From Candidatus Cloacimonadota bacterium (GTDB lineage: Bacteria; Cloacimonadota; Cloacimonadia; Cloacimonadales; TCS61): a stretch of 64,000 bases of DNA. Positions 38,048-47,997 of this stretch are shown here, piece after piece. Numbering within the stretch: the stretch's first letter is position 1; each line of letters opens with the position of its first letter. The translations under genes and the position numbers were made by a program. Under the pieces are notes generated by a model. The model made no database searches, had not been told where the DNA came from, and was given only the letters and a program-made list of their open reading frames with translations. The stretch is from NCBI GenBank assembly GCA_030600585.1, contig JAUVLU010000008.1, positions 6,431 to 70,430 on the forward strand, written 5' to 3'.

Positions 38048-38198
38048 AGAATCCTCAAATAAATTTATTTTATTGTTAACTTTCTTAGATAAGTTTTTAT
38101 GTCAAAAAGAAAAAAGGATAAGCTTTATATTAAAAAATATGAAATATTTATTGCATTAATTTGAAAAGAATAAAAATTATAATTATTGGAGGATATTA

Positions 38199-41100
38199 AT
38201 GAAAAAGATTGTATTTTTAATACTTTTTGTAGTTTTCGCAATTAGCATTTCCTATGCATGGCGCAATGCCGAAATGGAAGTGAGGGTTTTTTATAACAAC
38301 CAATATGAACTCGCAAAATTAGCTGAACTTCGTTTGGATGGAGATGTCTATCCCAATGGTGAAGCATTATTATTTGTTATTCCATCCGAACTGGAAATGA
38401 TAAAAGCTACCGGGCTCAAATATAAGATCGAACGGGAAGATTTGAATGAATCTTCCAGGAATTTCTGGCAGTCGATGGACCCCACCCGCGAAGCTTATCA
38501 CACTTATGCAGAAATTGTTGCTATGGCAGACAGTCTGGCAACTGCGTTTCCCGACATCTGTGAAAAGCACATGTTCGGTACTTCCGTGCAGGGAAGGGAA
38601 CTTGCTGCGCTTAAAATAACCGATAACGTTTCGCTCGATGAGAATGAAGCAGAAGTGATGTTCGACGGTGGAATTCATGGTGATGAGATAGGATGTTCTG
38701 AAAATTGTATTCGTTTTGCCCGTGATCTATGCCGCGATTATAGCACAGATCCTTATATTGCTGAACTCATAGATAACCATGAAATATGGATTTATTATTG
38801 TGTAAATCCTGATGGACGTGTAGCAGATGACCGCGAAAATGCTAATGGAGTTGATTTAAATCGCGACTCCGGTTATATGTGGGATGGATGGGGAGGAAGC
38901 TCGGGTGCATTTTCTCAACCTGAGTCGAAGGCTCTCAGAGATTGCCATTACAATCGTCAATTTGTTGTTCATACCACCTACCACAGCGGTACGGAATATA
39001 TTTCCTGCCCATGGAGTTATCGCTCCAGTCAATGTCCCGATTTCGATCATATTATTCAACTCGCAGGCGAATATTCTTCCTCGTCCGGTTATGCAAATAT
39101 ACCATATGGACAGGGTTGTACGGGAATGTATCCTATCAACGGAAGCACAAAAGACACGAATTACGGCATGATGGGAGCTATTAGTTGGTCGATGGAAATT
39201 TCTTACAACAAGCATCCGCCTGCATCACAAATTCAGATGTATTATCAATATAACGTTCCGGCTATGCTCAGTATGATCGAACATTCCGGTTATGGTTTGG
39301 AAGGAATTGTAACCGATGCAAATACCGGTGAACCGGTTACTGCTAATGTATTTATTAATGATTATTTCCCATGCTATACCGATCCGGTTGTTGGTGATTA
39401 TCATAAATATGTTCTTCCCGGAACTTATGATATTACAATTGTGGCAAACGGCTATGAATCGCAAACCATTACCGATGTTACTGTAAGCGCAAATAGTTCG
39501 GAAGTAACTGATTTCCAGTTGCAACCTTTGGAAGGACAATTTGTTTATAAAATATCAGCTTCTCAAATTCCCAATAACAACACTGCGGATGAAGGAGATA
39601 CACCGGGGGTAATTGGAGCACCTGACAGCAGAAATTATTCTATCGGTAAGAACGGCTGGGTGGTTCTTGATATGCAATATCCCATTCCAGATGGAGCGGG
39701 AAATGATATAAAAATATTTGAAGGAGATGCGTCGCCGGAAGGATATACTTGTTATGTCGGAGAATTCATCGATGGACCCTGGTATTCATTAGGAACAGGT
39801 AACGGAACTACAGAATTTGACATAGCATTAAGCAGTCTTATAGAAGCTCAATTTATAAAGATATTAGATGATGGAGATGGAACTGCTATTGCTGCCAATG
39901 CCGGTTTTGATCTGGATGCTGTTGCTGCCCTGGAAAGCTTTTCCGGAGTTTATATTGGTTTGATGAACTACGAAATTGATGATACTGCTGGGAATAGTAA
40001 TGGCAGAATCGATCCCGGAGAAACTGTGAATATTGTTGTCACTCTTTTGAATAATAGTAATATTATAGTAGAAGATATTGAAGGAATGATAAATACGATT
40101 TCTCCATATATTATCCTCAATGTTGCTTTTGCAGACTTTGGCGACCTTGCTCCGGATCAAACAGGAGAAGGAGTATTTACCATAACAGCTGATGATATTA
40201 CACCTGTCGGAGAGGAATTTGAACTTGAATTGGATGTAACTGCTAACTCCGGAGCATATACAAATAATTTTACCATGTCTTTCTCAGTTGGTGGTTTTTT
40301 AATAGAAGAATATTTTGATGGTGCTTCTTATCCTCCAACCGACTGGAGTATAAGCGGATCCAATCCTGGCAACTGGTCTTCATCAAGTACAGCAAATGCC
40401 GGAGGATCCGCACCTGAATCCAAATTTAGCTGGTCTCCATCATTTGTTGGCGAATCTGCTCTTACTTCACCTGTGATCAACACAATGGGATTTACAAATC
40501 TGGTACTTACTTATAAACATTTCCTGAATGATTGGAGTGGTAATGGTTATTCCATCGGTGTAAAAACAACCTCTGATGGCGGCAGCACATGGAATACTGT
40601 TTATGAAGTATTTCCAACCGGAGATATTGGACCGGAAATACTGGAACTTACAATTGAAACTTCAGATGTAGGTTCACCTACATTCCAGATTGCGTTCTTC
40701 TTTAATGGAAACAGCTTTAATTTGGATTATTATTACATTGATAATGTGATTCTGGAAGGAGAAGCAGGCGAATTCAATCCACCACAAACCTTGGCTGTAG
40801 AATGCATCGAAGATTATGCTCACTTCACATGGGAAGCCCCGGCTGTCGATCTGAATTCCAGGGACAAAGATACAAAAGCAAAAGCAGAAGAAACACGTGA
40901 TCTGACAGGTTATAATGTATATCTGGATCAAGTAGAAGTGGCAAACAATATCCCGGATCTGGAATATGATTTCTATGATCTGGTTAATGGTGATTACTAC
41001 GATGCAGGCGTAAAAGCTATCTATGATGATGGTACATCCGAACTTGTAGAGATCAACTTCCTGGCCGAAATAACTGGTGCAGGAAATATCTTGCCGCTGG

Positions 41101-41375
41101 TCACAAAACTTACCGGCAACTATCCGAATCCATTTAATCCGACAACAACGATCAGCTTCTCAACAAAAGAAGCAGGTCATGTTTCAATTAATATTTACAA
41201 CATGAAAGGTCAGCTTGTTAAAACACTTATAAATGAGAATCTTGAAGAAGATTATCATGATGTTATATGGAACGGTAAAGATAACAGTAATAAGACAGTT
41301 TCAAGTGGTATATATTTCTACAAAATGAAATCCGGTAACTATACTGCAACAAAGAAAATGATCCTTATGAAATAA
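38199..41375 (+). CDS. M14-family zinc carboxypeptidase with T9SS C-terminal sorting domain
   Basis: 1058 aa with a signal peptide. M14 motifs GGIHGDEIG (H-x-x-E) and VNPDGR. C-terminus NYPNPFNPTTTISF...SGIYFYKM...KKMILMK is the T9SS type-A CTD pattern. Confidence 0.85.
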   Translation: MKKIVFLILFVVFAISISYAWRNAEMEVRVFYNNQYELAKLAELRLDGDVYPNGEALLFVIPSELEMIKATGLKYKIEREDLNESSRNFWQSMDPTREAYHTYAEIVAMADSLATAFPDICEKHMFGTSVQGRELAALKITDNVSLDENEAEVMFDGGIHGDEIGCSENCIRFARDLCRDYSTDPYIAELIDNHEIWIYYCVNPDGRVADDRENANGVDLNRDSGYMWDGWGGSSGAFSQPESKALRDCHYNRQFVVHTTYHSGTEYISCPWSYRSSQCPDFDHIIQLAGEYSSSSGYANIPYGQGCTGMYPINGSTKDTNYGMMGAISWSMEISYNKHPPASQIQMYYQYNVPAMLSMIEHSGYGLEGIVTDANTGEPVTANVFINDYFPCYTDPVVGDYHKYVLPGTYDITIVANGYESQTITDVTVSANSSEVTDFQLQPLEGQFVYKISASQIPNNNTADEGDTPGVIGAPDSRNYSIGKNGWVVLDMQYPIPDGAGNDIKIFEGDASPEGYTCYVGEFIDGPWYSLGTGNGTTEFDIALSSLIEAQFIKILDDGDGTAIAANAGFDLDAVAALESFSGVYIGLMNYEIDDTAGNSNGRIDPGETVNIVVTLLNNSNIIVEDIEGMINTISPYIILNVAFADFGDLAPDQTGEGVFTITADDITPVGEEFELELDVTANSGAYTNNFTMSFSVGGFLIEEYFDGASYPPTDWSISGSNPGNWSSSSTANAGGSAPESKFSWSPSFVGESALTSPVINTMGFTNLVLTYKHFLNDWSGNGYSIGVKTTSDGGSTWNTVYEVFPTGDIGPEILELTIETSDVGSPTFQIAFFFNGNSFNLDYYYIDNVILEGEAGEFNPPQTLAVECIEDYAHFTWEAPAVDLNSRDKDTKAKAEETRDLTGYNVYLDQVEVANNIPDLEYDFYDLVNGDYYDAGVKAIYDDGTSELVEINFLAEITGAGNILPLVTKLTGNYPNPFNPTTTISFSTKEAGHVSINIYNMKGQLVKTLINENLEEDYHDVIWNGKDNSNKTVSSGIYFYKMKSGNYTATKKMILMK

Positions 41376-41464
41376 GGGAATTACGCTCTGACCTTTTCTG
41401 GAAGGGGCAACTTTTCAATCCTTATGAAATAGTAATACAAAGCTCTGTCTTTGTGAATTGAATA

Positions 41465-41498
41465 AGTCCTTCGGTGAAAGCTGAGGGGCTTTTTTTTT
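41465..41498 (+). terminator. Rho-independent terminator after the M14 gene
   Basis: AGTCCTTC-ggtgaaagct-GAGGGGCT (two G.U pairs) followed by T8. Confidence 0.6.
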
Positions 41499-41683
41499 GA
41501 TGTACCACGTTCACCTTGAACGTGTTGTTTTCAACGTGTTATCCTGAACGTGCTGTTCACAACGTGTTATCTTTTACTCTCGTTCCCAAAGCCCTCTTTG
41601 GGAATGCAATAAAATCTCAGCAGGTTACCAATCCAGTCTTCGTAAACTACGCCTTGGCAAGCAGGGGATTGGTAACCAGAATA
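41499..41683 (+). repeat. 185-bp intergenic module, copy 1
   Basis: Aligns without indels to 43586-43770 with 6 mismatches. It contains the AACGTG array and two long hairpins. Confidence 0.95.
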
Positions 41684-41720
41684 TTTGTGAATTGGTAACC
41701 AGAATAATGGTTAAAGGCGG

Positions 41721-41766
41721 ATAAATCCTGAACGTGTTTGAACGATCGGGACGATCGTTTTACTTT
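41721..41766 (+). repeat. 46-bp module (ATAAATCCTGAACGTGTTTGAACGATCGGGACGATCGTTTTACTTT), copy 1
   Basis: Matches 43988-44033 with 2 mismatches. It contains the palindrome AACGATCG-gga-CGATCGTT. Confidence 0.9.
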
Positions 41767-42128
41767 TGGTTGTACAACATTCACTCAGAACGTGCAAATA
41801 ATAGAGATTCCCGATTTGTCGGGAGGAGTGACAGTGTTCATTTCTTGCCATTTCCGTTTTGCTAATTCGGTAGGAATTTGTGAATATTTACAACAACACA
41901 GCACCTTTCTAAAATTTATTTAAATAAAGTTTGACAAAATAAAACAGTGAATTTTTTAAATTTATCAGAGTTAAAGTTTTAAAGTTTGAGAAACATGAAT
42001 GTGAACTATAGGAATTAAAATGTTGATTATATTAAAACTAAATCGTTACTATCGCAAATAAAGAAATTTGATATTACCTATCGAAAATAAAATTATGAAA
42101 ATTAATCAAAAAAATTAAGGAGAAAAAA

Positions 42129-43373
42129 ATGAAAAAAACAATGATTTTTGCAACAATTCTTTTACTTGCAGTTAGTGCCTTCGCTATAAACCCTCCTACA
42201 GATGTAGCCGTAGATGATCTTACCGGTACGGTAACTTGGTCTGAACCTGTTGTAAGTGGAGTAATTATCGAAGATAACTTTGATAGTTATACCGTAGGTG
42301 ATTACCTTGCTGTAGTTGATGAATATTGGACAACCTGGTCAAATAATCCGGGTGGACCTGAAGATGCATTGATAACAGATGTAGAATCAAACAGTCCATC
42401 TAATTCTGTATTAGTTGAATTAAATAATGACGTTGTCCTTATTATGGAAAACTACACATCTGGTGTATATTCAATTGAACTTAGTATGTTTGTACCTACA
42501 GGTTATTGCGGATATTTTAACCTGCAAAAAACAAATGTTCCAGGTACGGAATGGGCATTCCAGATTTACTTCCAGACAGATGGAGTAGCATTGGCTGATG
42601 CCGGTGGTGCCGGTGCTCTAACTTATAATTTCAATCACGATGAGTGGATGGATCTTAAATTGATAGTTGACTTAGATACCGATTGGGCTACTTACTATCA
42701 TAATGGCGTAGAGATGATAGGATATGCATATTCAACAGGATGTTTTGGAACAAGTGCTCTTTTATCATTTGGTGGAGTTAACGTGTTTGGCGGTGCAAAT
42801 CCAAGCGGTCCTGGAGATACTCCAATGTTCTATTTCGATGATGTTATTCTAAGTACTGCAGTAGCTCCAACTCGTGACCTTACCGGTTACAATGTATATC
42901 TTGATGATATGATAACTCCTGTTACTACAGTTGGTATCGATGTATTTGAATATACATATGAAGCTCTTGTAAATGGTCAGGAATATACAGCAGGCGTTTC
43001 CGCTGTTTATGATGAAGGTGAGTCTGAGATAATTGAAGTTATTTTTGTTTACGGTGGAAATTCTGCTGGAAATGTTGTAATAGCAACAACGCAACTTAAC
43101 GATAATTATCCAAATCCGTTCAATCCTATTACAAATATTGCATATTCAATAAAAGATGCCGGTAATGTAACAATTGAAGTTTACAACTTGAAAGGTCAGC
43201 TTATTAGAACACTTGTTAATGAAGTTAAAACAACAGGTGATCATACAGTAATCTGGGATGGTACAGATAATTCTAACAAGTCTGTTTCCAGTGGTGTATA
43301 TTTCTATAAGATGGTTTCAGACAGCAACATTGGCAGATATACTTCCACAAAGAAAATGATTCTTTTGAAATAA
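42129..43373 (+). CDS. T9SS-sorted surface protein (unknown N-terminal domain + FN3-like module + CTD)
   Basis: 414 aa with a signal peptide. C-terminal NYPNPFNPITNIAYS...SGVYFYKM...KKMILLK. The RDLTGYNVYLD module is shared with the M14 protein. Confidence 0.75.
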   Translation: MKKTMIFATILLLAVSAFAINPPTDVAVDDLTGTVTWSEPVVSGVIIEDNFDSYTVGDYLAVVDEYWTTWSNNPGGPEDALITDVESNSPSNSVLVELNNDVVLIMENYTSGVYSIELSMFVPTGYCGYFNLQKTNVPGTEWAFQIYFQTDGVALADAGGAGALTYNFNHDEWMDLKLIVDLDTDWATYYHNGVEMIGYAYSTGCFGTSALLSFGGVNVFGGANPSGPGDTPMFYFDDVILSTAVAPTRDLTGYNVYLDDMITPVTTVGIDVFEYTYEALVNGQEYTAGVSAVYDEGESEIIEVIFVYGGNSAGNVVIATTQLNDNYPNPFNPITNIAYSIKDAGNVTIEVYNLKGQLIRTLVNEVKTTGDHTVIWDGTDNSNKSVSSGVYFYKMVSDSNIGRYTSTKKMILLK

Positions 43374-43555
43374 GGAAATTTCGCCTGACCACTCACGAGT
43401 GGTCAGGCAACTTTTCAATTCTTTTGAAATAGTAATACAAAGCTCCATAATACCTTGCGAACGGTGCATTGGCTTGAGTAGCAAACGATGCTGGAATTCT
43501 CTTGCATGTCGAACGGTTGTAAACCTTCGCAACGGTTAATGTGAGCTGTTAGAAA

Positions 43556-43585
43556 TTAGCCCCGGTTTGCCGGGGCTAATTTTTT
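43556..43585 (+). terminator. Strong rho-independent terminator
   Basis: TTAGCCCCGG-tttg-CCGGGGCTAA followed by T6. It sits immediately 5' of repeat copy 2. Confidence 0.75.
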
Positions 43586-43770
43586 GATGTACCACGTTCA
43601 CCTTGAACGTGTTGTTTTCAACGTGTTATCCTGAACGTGCTGTTCACAACGTGTTGTCTTTTACTCTTGTTACCAAAGCCCTTTTTGGGAACGCAATAAA
43701 ATCTCAGCAGGTTACCAATCCAGTCTTCGTAAACTACGCCTTGGCAAGCAGGGGATTGGTAAGCAGAATA
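43586..43770 (+). repeat. 185-bp intergenic module, copy 2
   Basis: See copy 1. Here it lies between convergent genes. Confidence 0.95.
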
Positions 43771-43987
43771 AAACACACGATCTTGTATCCAAGCCCCAGC
43801 TTGGAAACATCTGATACAGAATAATTTTACTGAATAGGGTTACCAAGCAGGGGATTGGCAACCAGAATATTTTTGGATTGGTAACCAGAATATCAATATA
43901 TCAGCTCTTCAGCTTTTCTGAGGGGCTTTTATTATACCACGTTCACTCAGAGCCAAGAAAACTGGCGGACTTGTAAGCCTACGGCTT

Positions 43988-44033
43988 ATAAATCCTGAAC
44001 GTGTTTGAACGATCGGGGCGATCATTTTACTTT
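43988..44033 (+). repeat. 46-bp module, copy 2
   Basis: See copy 1. It ends 5 nt before the stop codon of the minus-strand gene. Confidence 0.9.
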
Positions 44034-44038
44034 CAATA

Positions 44039-47000
44039 TTATTTCAATAACAGTATTTTTCTTACTTTTGTTTTTTCTCCGTTATTAAGGTGGATAAAAT
44101 ATATGCCGGAAGCTACAGAATTATTAGAATTATTCTTTCCATACCAGACATATTCATGATTTCCGGTTGGTAGAATATCTTTACACAGATTTTTAACTTT
44201 TTGTCCTTTAATATTGTAAATTGAAAGTTCTACTTTGCTTTCAACTGGAACATTGAAGCGGATATTAGTGGAAGGATTGAATGGATTCGGGAAATTGACA
44301 AAGTCATAAACAGCAGATAAAATATCATCCGATGATGCAGTATTATTGTTAATGACAACCAAGCCTGAAATCGTTCCAATTTGAGAAGGAATAAAGGAGT
44401 AATTATAATTTCCGCTTGTAAGCTGATTCCAATTATTGCCGTCAATTTGAATATCAGCATAATAACTTTCCGGCAAGTTTGGCATATCGAATTCAAGAGT
44501 TACTGCATCTAAAGTATGAATTTCCAAAATAAAATTCCACAGTTTAAATTCTGGTAATCCAGTTTCTAAAGATGACCTTATTTCACGATTCAACTCAGAA
44601 TAAATGAAAAGGGAATCGAGTTGTGAATCTTTTGGAATATACATTCTAATTCCATTTTCTACAGGTTTCGCAGGTGCTTCCGGTATATCGTATGCATTAT
44701 CAAAATTATCTGTTGCATATTCGCTGCAACCCACAATTATTTCATCGGTATCAGATTGAGCTGCAGAGATCGTAATTTCCCAATCTATATCGGGGATATA
44801 TTGATATCCATTATAATATGGTAAAAACCGGCATTCCATATTATCGAAGTTCTCATTATTTACATACAAATAAAATGCTTCGTATGGATGTATAATATTT
44901 GCTTTTTCAAATTTACCATCTTTGTAAATATAAGCAGCATTTGCTATAAGTTCTTCTTCAACAGCATAATCAAAACAGAAAGTGTGTCCGGCATTCCGCA
45001 TTCTAAGATCGCGCGGATCATAAGGACACAGATGTGGATTTTGAATAAGATTCCAACCTGGAATTAATGCAAAAGAAAATTCATCTTTCATAATTGAACC
45101 GGAATGTGTGAAATATCCCTCTAATTCTGCATTGAGCCAGTACCCGTTCCCAAATACAAATTCATCGGAAGATCCAAAATTATTATGCGGAAGGGGGAAC
45201 AATAATTCAGAATTTGTTCCAAATATTTCTGAGGCAAAGAATTGTTCATCACTATTCCATGGATTACTGATCAACTGCCAACCTTCGGTGAATTCGATTG
45301 TATATTCCAATGGAACAATTCCATATATACTTGTGGAATAATACTCATAAATTGTTCCATCTACAGCATGAACGCCAATGACGACTCGAGCATTGTGCAT
45401 TTCAATATCTTCCGGTGTATTCCAAATATATTGCTCTTCAAGCCGATTCACATAATCAGCAATTACGATAGTAGTTTCTTCATCCTGCAATGAAATATCA
45501 TAATATTCGATCAATTGAGAAACGCCGGCTTGCCATCCGATGAATAACTCATCTCCTCCTTGCAGAAGCTGATTTTGCATGTTAATGAAATTAACATAAG
45601 GATGCAGATCACCCCAATATAATTTGAAATCGTAATAAGTTGTGTCTTCGGCAAAGAAGATCAGATGATCATTAACAATATTTGTAATCTGATCGGTCTG
45701 CAAGTTCATCAAGAATAATTTTTCGTTGCTATTTATAAATTCTGAGCAGACTGAAATTTTTATTGGTTCATCAAGTTGGTTGGTTTTCACTTTTAAATTC
45801 CAAATCTTGTAATTTTCAAAAGGAGAAAATTCACCATGAACCTGCTGTTGAAGATATATTCCGCCAGGAATCCAAAATTGTTCATAAAAAGCTGAGAAAA
45901 TATATTCATCCGGCAACGCAATATTTTTCTCAAAATCATAGTTTGTATCAAACCAGTCTGTAGCAAATTGGTTCTTTGAGAACGTGACGGAATCTATAAT
46001 AGTTAAATTGGAATTTGACACAAAAAGATTAAAATAATCATTTGGAGAGCAGTTTCTTGAGTATTTATAAAAAAATTCTCCGCCATCTTCATTCTCCGAT
46101 GAAATTCGATATGTGTAGATCCTGCCATTTTCAACATCTTCATCAAAATAGGAATATTCTTCTTCAGGATTTTGAGTTCCAGCTAATACCGGATTTGTAA
46201 TCCAGCTATCGATCTGGATAAATTCACCTCCCTCAATTTTTCTGTAGATATTGAATCCCATATTTCCATCTTGTTGAACTGCTGTCCACTTGATGTTAGA
46301 TTTGGAATCGAGTCCAATTGCGATTAGATCACTGATCTCAACAGGTGGAGTAACAACTTCAATTTCTTCTGAGAGGGGAGAGTAATCTCCATTTTTATCT
46401 ACAGTGCGTATCTGGAAATAATAATTACTATTGAGATCAAGATAATATACTTCATAATTATTATGTAATGGGCTGGCAAAAAGTGAAAATTCATTTCGAT
46501 CAATTATTGTGTAATTAGTATGATTTATCGGCTTATTTGCGAAATAAATTTCGTATGAATGGAAATCGTAGGAAGAGACAGGTTCCCATCCCAGATCGAT
46601 TGAATTATGATCAACATCGATAGCAGTAAAATTTTGGGGAGTAGCCGGAGCAATTCCATCATCAAGCTCTAAAGCAGCAGGCAATACTTCCGTCATTGCA
46701 TCTACCCAATATGAATAATAAGAGAGTGTTTTATCAAAAAGCATATCCATTTGGAACATATTGCTTTCCGTATTAAACCCATAGAACCAGTGATAATTCT
46801 CTTCCAATTCTTCATAGCTTCCCGGTAATTCGTCCATTTCTATATGAAAAAATGGATCAAAAACATCATATCCGTTCCAATTCTGGTAAGTATAGAGTTT
46901 TTGTTTGTTCCCGCTATATCCCGGAAGATCAATATTATCATTAACCGGATACGGATCACCTTCCCAATTATAAAATAAAAAGTCATAGTAAGAATAATAA

Positions 47001-47959
47001 ACCGAATAATAATCGTTAAGAAAAACCTCTGTATTGGAACCTATTGTATTCTGTGGAACAACAACATGTTCACTTGCATTTATCATATCGAGATGCAGAT
47101 CCGATAGGTCTCTGATAGGAAGGTTGGGACAATTAGACATTGCAGAGATCTGACAATCCGGATGCCCATCATGTCTGTCCCAGTCATAACTGTGGATCTG
47201 AGCTGAGAATTCTCTTCTGTCAAAATCTTCTCTGATGTTATCACAAAATGATTTATAAGCTACATTAAAAACTACATCATCATTTCTGGAAGGATCGCAC
47301 AAAGATTTGGAATTGGAATAATTACCTTGATTCGTCCACAGAACTTCTCTTCCTGCACCTGAGATCAGCAAGAATTTTGCGTTCCAGTCATCAAAACATT
47401 TATATCCGATAGTCGATGTAATAAAATCGTCATTCGGATGTGGAACAGTTATAATTACCGGATTTATCGATTGCGGATTATGAATGAAAAGTCCCCAGCC
47501 ATAATCGAAGGAACCGATCTCATCATCATAAGTGTCAATGGTTCCGTTTCCATCATAGTATTCAGGATTCAATATTTCACGTAACATATAATATATATTT
47601 CCGGTATCGGTATCATTAAATTCTACAACATGATACGGAAAGTTAAAATAATCCAGCATACTCTGAACCGCAAAATAATTTCCTGCCAGAAAAGCATCGA
47701 TTACATTTTGCCATTGTTCCAGTATAGTCTCATCAGGTAATATAAATGATCCAAAACCTTCCGATTGCACATCCCATGGTGAGTATAGATTATAATCTTC
47801 TTCTGCGATACCTTCGGTAATATGGGATATCCAATTGTCATATTCACATTCTTCTGCATTACCATACAAAAAATCTGTGAACGATGCAGTTTCAACTATT
47901 AACGAAAATGCATTGACCCATATAAACAAGGATATGATCAGAAAAAATATTCTCTTCAT
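44039..47959 (-). CDS. Very large T9SS-sorted surface protein (FN3-like domains, unknown N-terminal domain)
   Basis: 1306 aa with a signal peptide. FN3-like segment (PATPQNFTAIDVDHNSIDLGWEPV..). C-terminal FPNPFNPSTNIRF...SGIYFIHL...RKILLLK CTD. Confidence 0.75.
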   Translation of the reverse strand: MKRIFFLIISLFIWVNAFSLIVETASFTDFLYGNAEECEYDNWISHITEGIAEEDYNLYSPWDVQSEGFGSFILPDETILEQWQNVIDAFLAGNYFAVQSMLDYFNFPYHVVEFNDTDTGNIYYMLREILNPEYYDGNGTIDTYDDEIGSFDYGWGLFIHNPQSINPVIITVPHPNDDFITSTIGYKCFDDWNAKFLLISGAGREVLWTNQGNYSNSKSLCDPSRNDDVVFNVAYKSFCDNIREDFDRREFSAQIHSYDWDRHDGHPDCQISAMSNCPNLPIRDLSDLHLDMINASEHVVVPQNTIGSNTEVFLNDYYSVYYSYYDFLFYNWEGDPYPVNDNIDLPGYSGNKQKLYTYQNWNGYDVFDPFFHIEMDELPGSYEELEENYHWFYGFNTESNMFQMDMLFDKTLSYYSYWVDAMTEVLPAALELDDGIAPATPQNFTAIDVDHNSIDLGWEPVSSYDFHSYEIYFANKPINHTNYTIIDRNEFSLFASPLHNNYEVYYLDLNSNYYFQIRTVDKNGDYSPLSEEIEVVTPPVEISDLIAIGLDSKSNIKWTAVQQDGNMGFNIYRKIEGGEFIQIDSWITNPVLAGTQNPEEEYSYFDEDVENGRIYTYRISSENEDGGEFFYKYSRNCSPNDYFNLFVSNSNLTIIDSVTFSKNQFATDWFDTNYDFEKNIALPDEYIFSAFYEQFWIPGGIYLQQQVHGEFSPFENYKIWNLKVKTNQLDEPIKISVCSEFINSNEKLFLMNLQTDQITNIVNDHLIFFAEDTTYYDFKLYWGDLHPYVNFINMQNQLLQGGDELFIGWQAGVSQLIEYYDISLQDEETTIVIADYVNRLEEQYIWNTPEDIEMHNARVVIGVHAVDGTIYEYYSTSIYGIVPLEYTIEFTEGWQLISNPWNSDEQFFASEIFGTNSELLFPLPHNNFGSSDEFVFGNGYWLNAELEGYFTHSGSIMKDEFSFALIPGWNLIQNPHLCPYDPRDLRMRNAGHTFCFDYAVEEELIANAAYIYKDGKFEKANIIHPYEAFYLYVNNENFDNMECRFLPYYNGYQYIPDIDWEITISAAQSDTDEIIVGCSEYATDNFDNAYDIPEAPAKPVENGIRMYIPKDSQLDSLFIYSELNREIRSSLETGLPEFKLWNFILEIHTLDAVTLEFDMPNLPESYYADIQIDGNNWNQLTSGNYNYSFIPSQIGTISGLVVINNNTASSDDILSAVYDFVNFPNPFNPSTNIRFNVPVESKVELSIYNIKGQKVKNLCKDILPTGNHEYVWYGKNNSNNSVASGIYFIHLNNGEKTKVRKILLLK

Positions 47960-47980
47960 TAACTAACTCCAATTTTACAG

Positions 47981-47997
47981 ATGCAATTATGCGACCA
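47981..47997 (-). promoter_or_regulatory. Sigma-54-type -24/-12 element TGGTCGCATAATTGCAT
   Basis: GG-N10-GC spacing with TTGCA at -12, versus the consensus TGGCAC-N5-TTGCA. The GC lies 23 nt upstream of the ATG at 47959. Confidence 0.45.

Noticed and set aside
38140-38156. Sigma-54-like element TGAAATATTTATTGCAT upstream of the M14 peptidase gene
   Set aside because: It has the TTGCA -12 box and correct spacing, but GA replaces the essential GG at -24. It is too weak to call and is noted only because it resembles the other three.
36935-38198. ATP-grasp gene as the core of a graspetide/RiPP cluster
   Set aside because: I found no short precursor-like ORF with a plausible RBS in the 150-bp upstream or 370-bp downstream spacers. 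The neighbouring small proteins have signal peptides and are 200 aa long, so they are not typical precursors.
41516-41698. Track ORFs MNVLFSTCYPERAVHNVLSF... (also 43603-43824) and 41738-41923
   Set aside because: Both are read-throughs of the 185-bp repeat and its AACGTG array. They have no RBS, and one copy lies between convergent genes. The 6 nucleotide differences between the copies show no bias toward synonymous positions that I can see.
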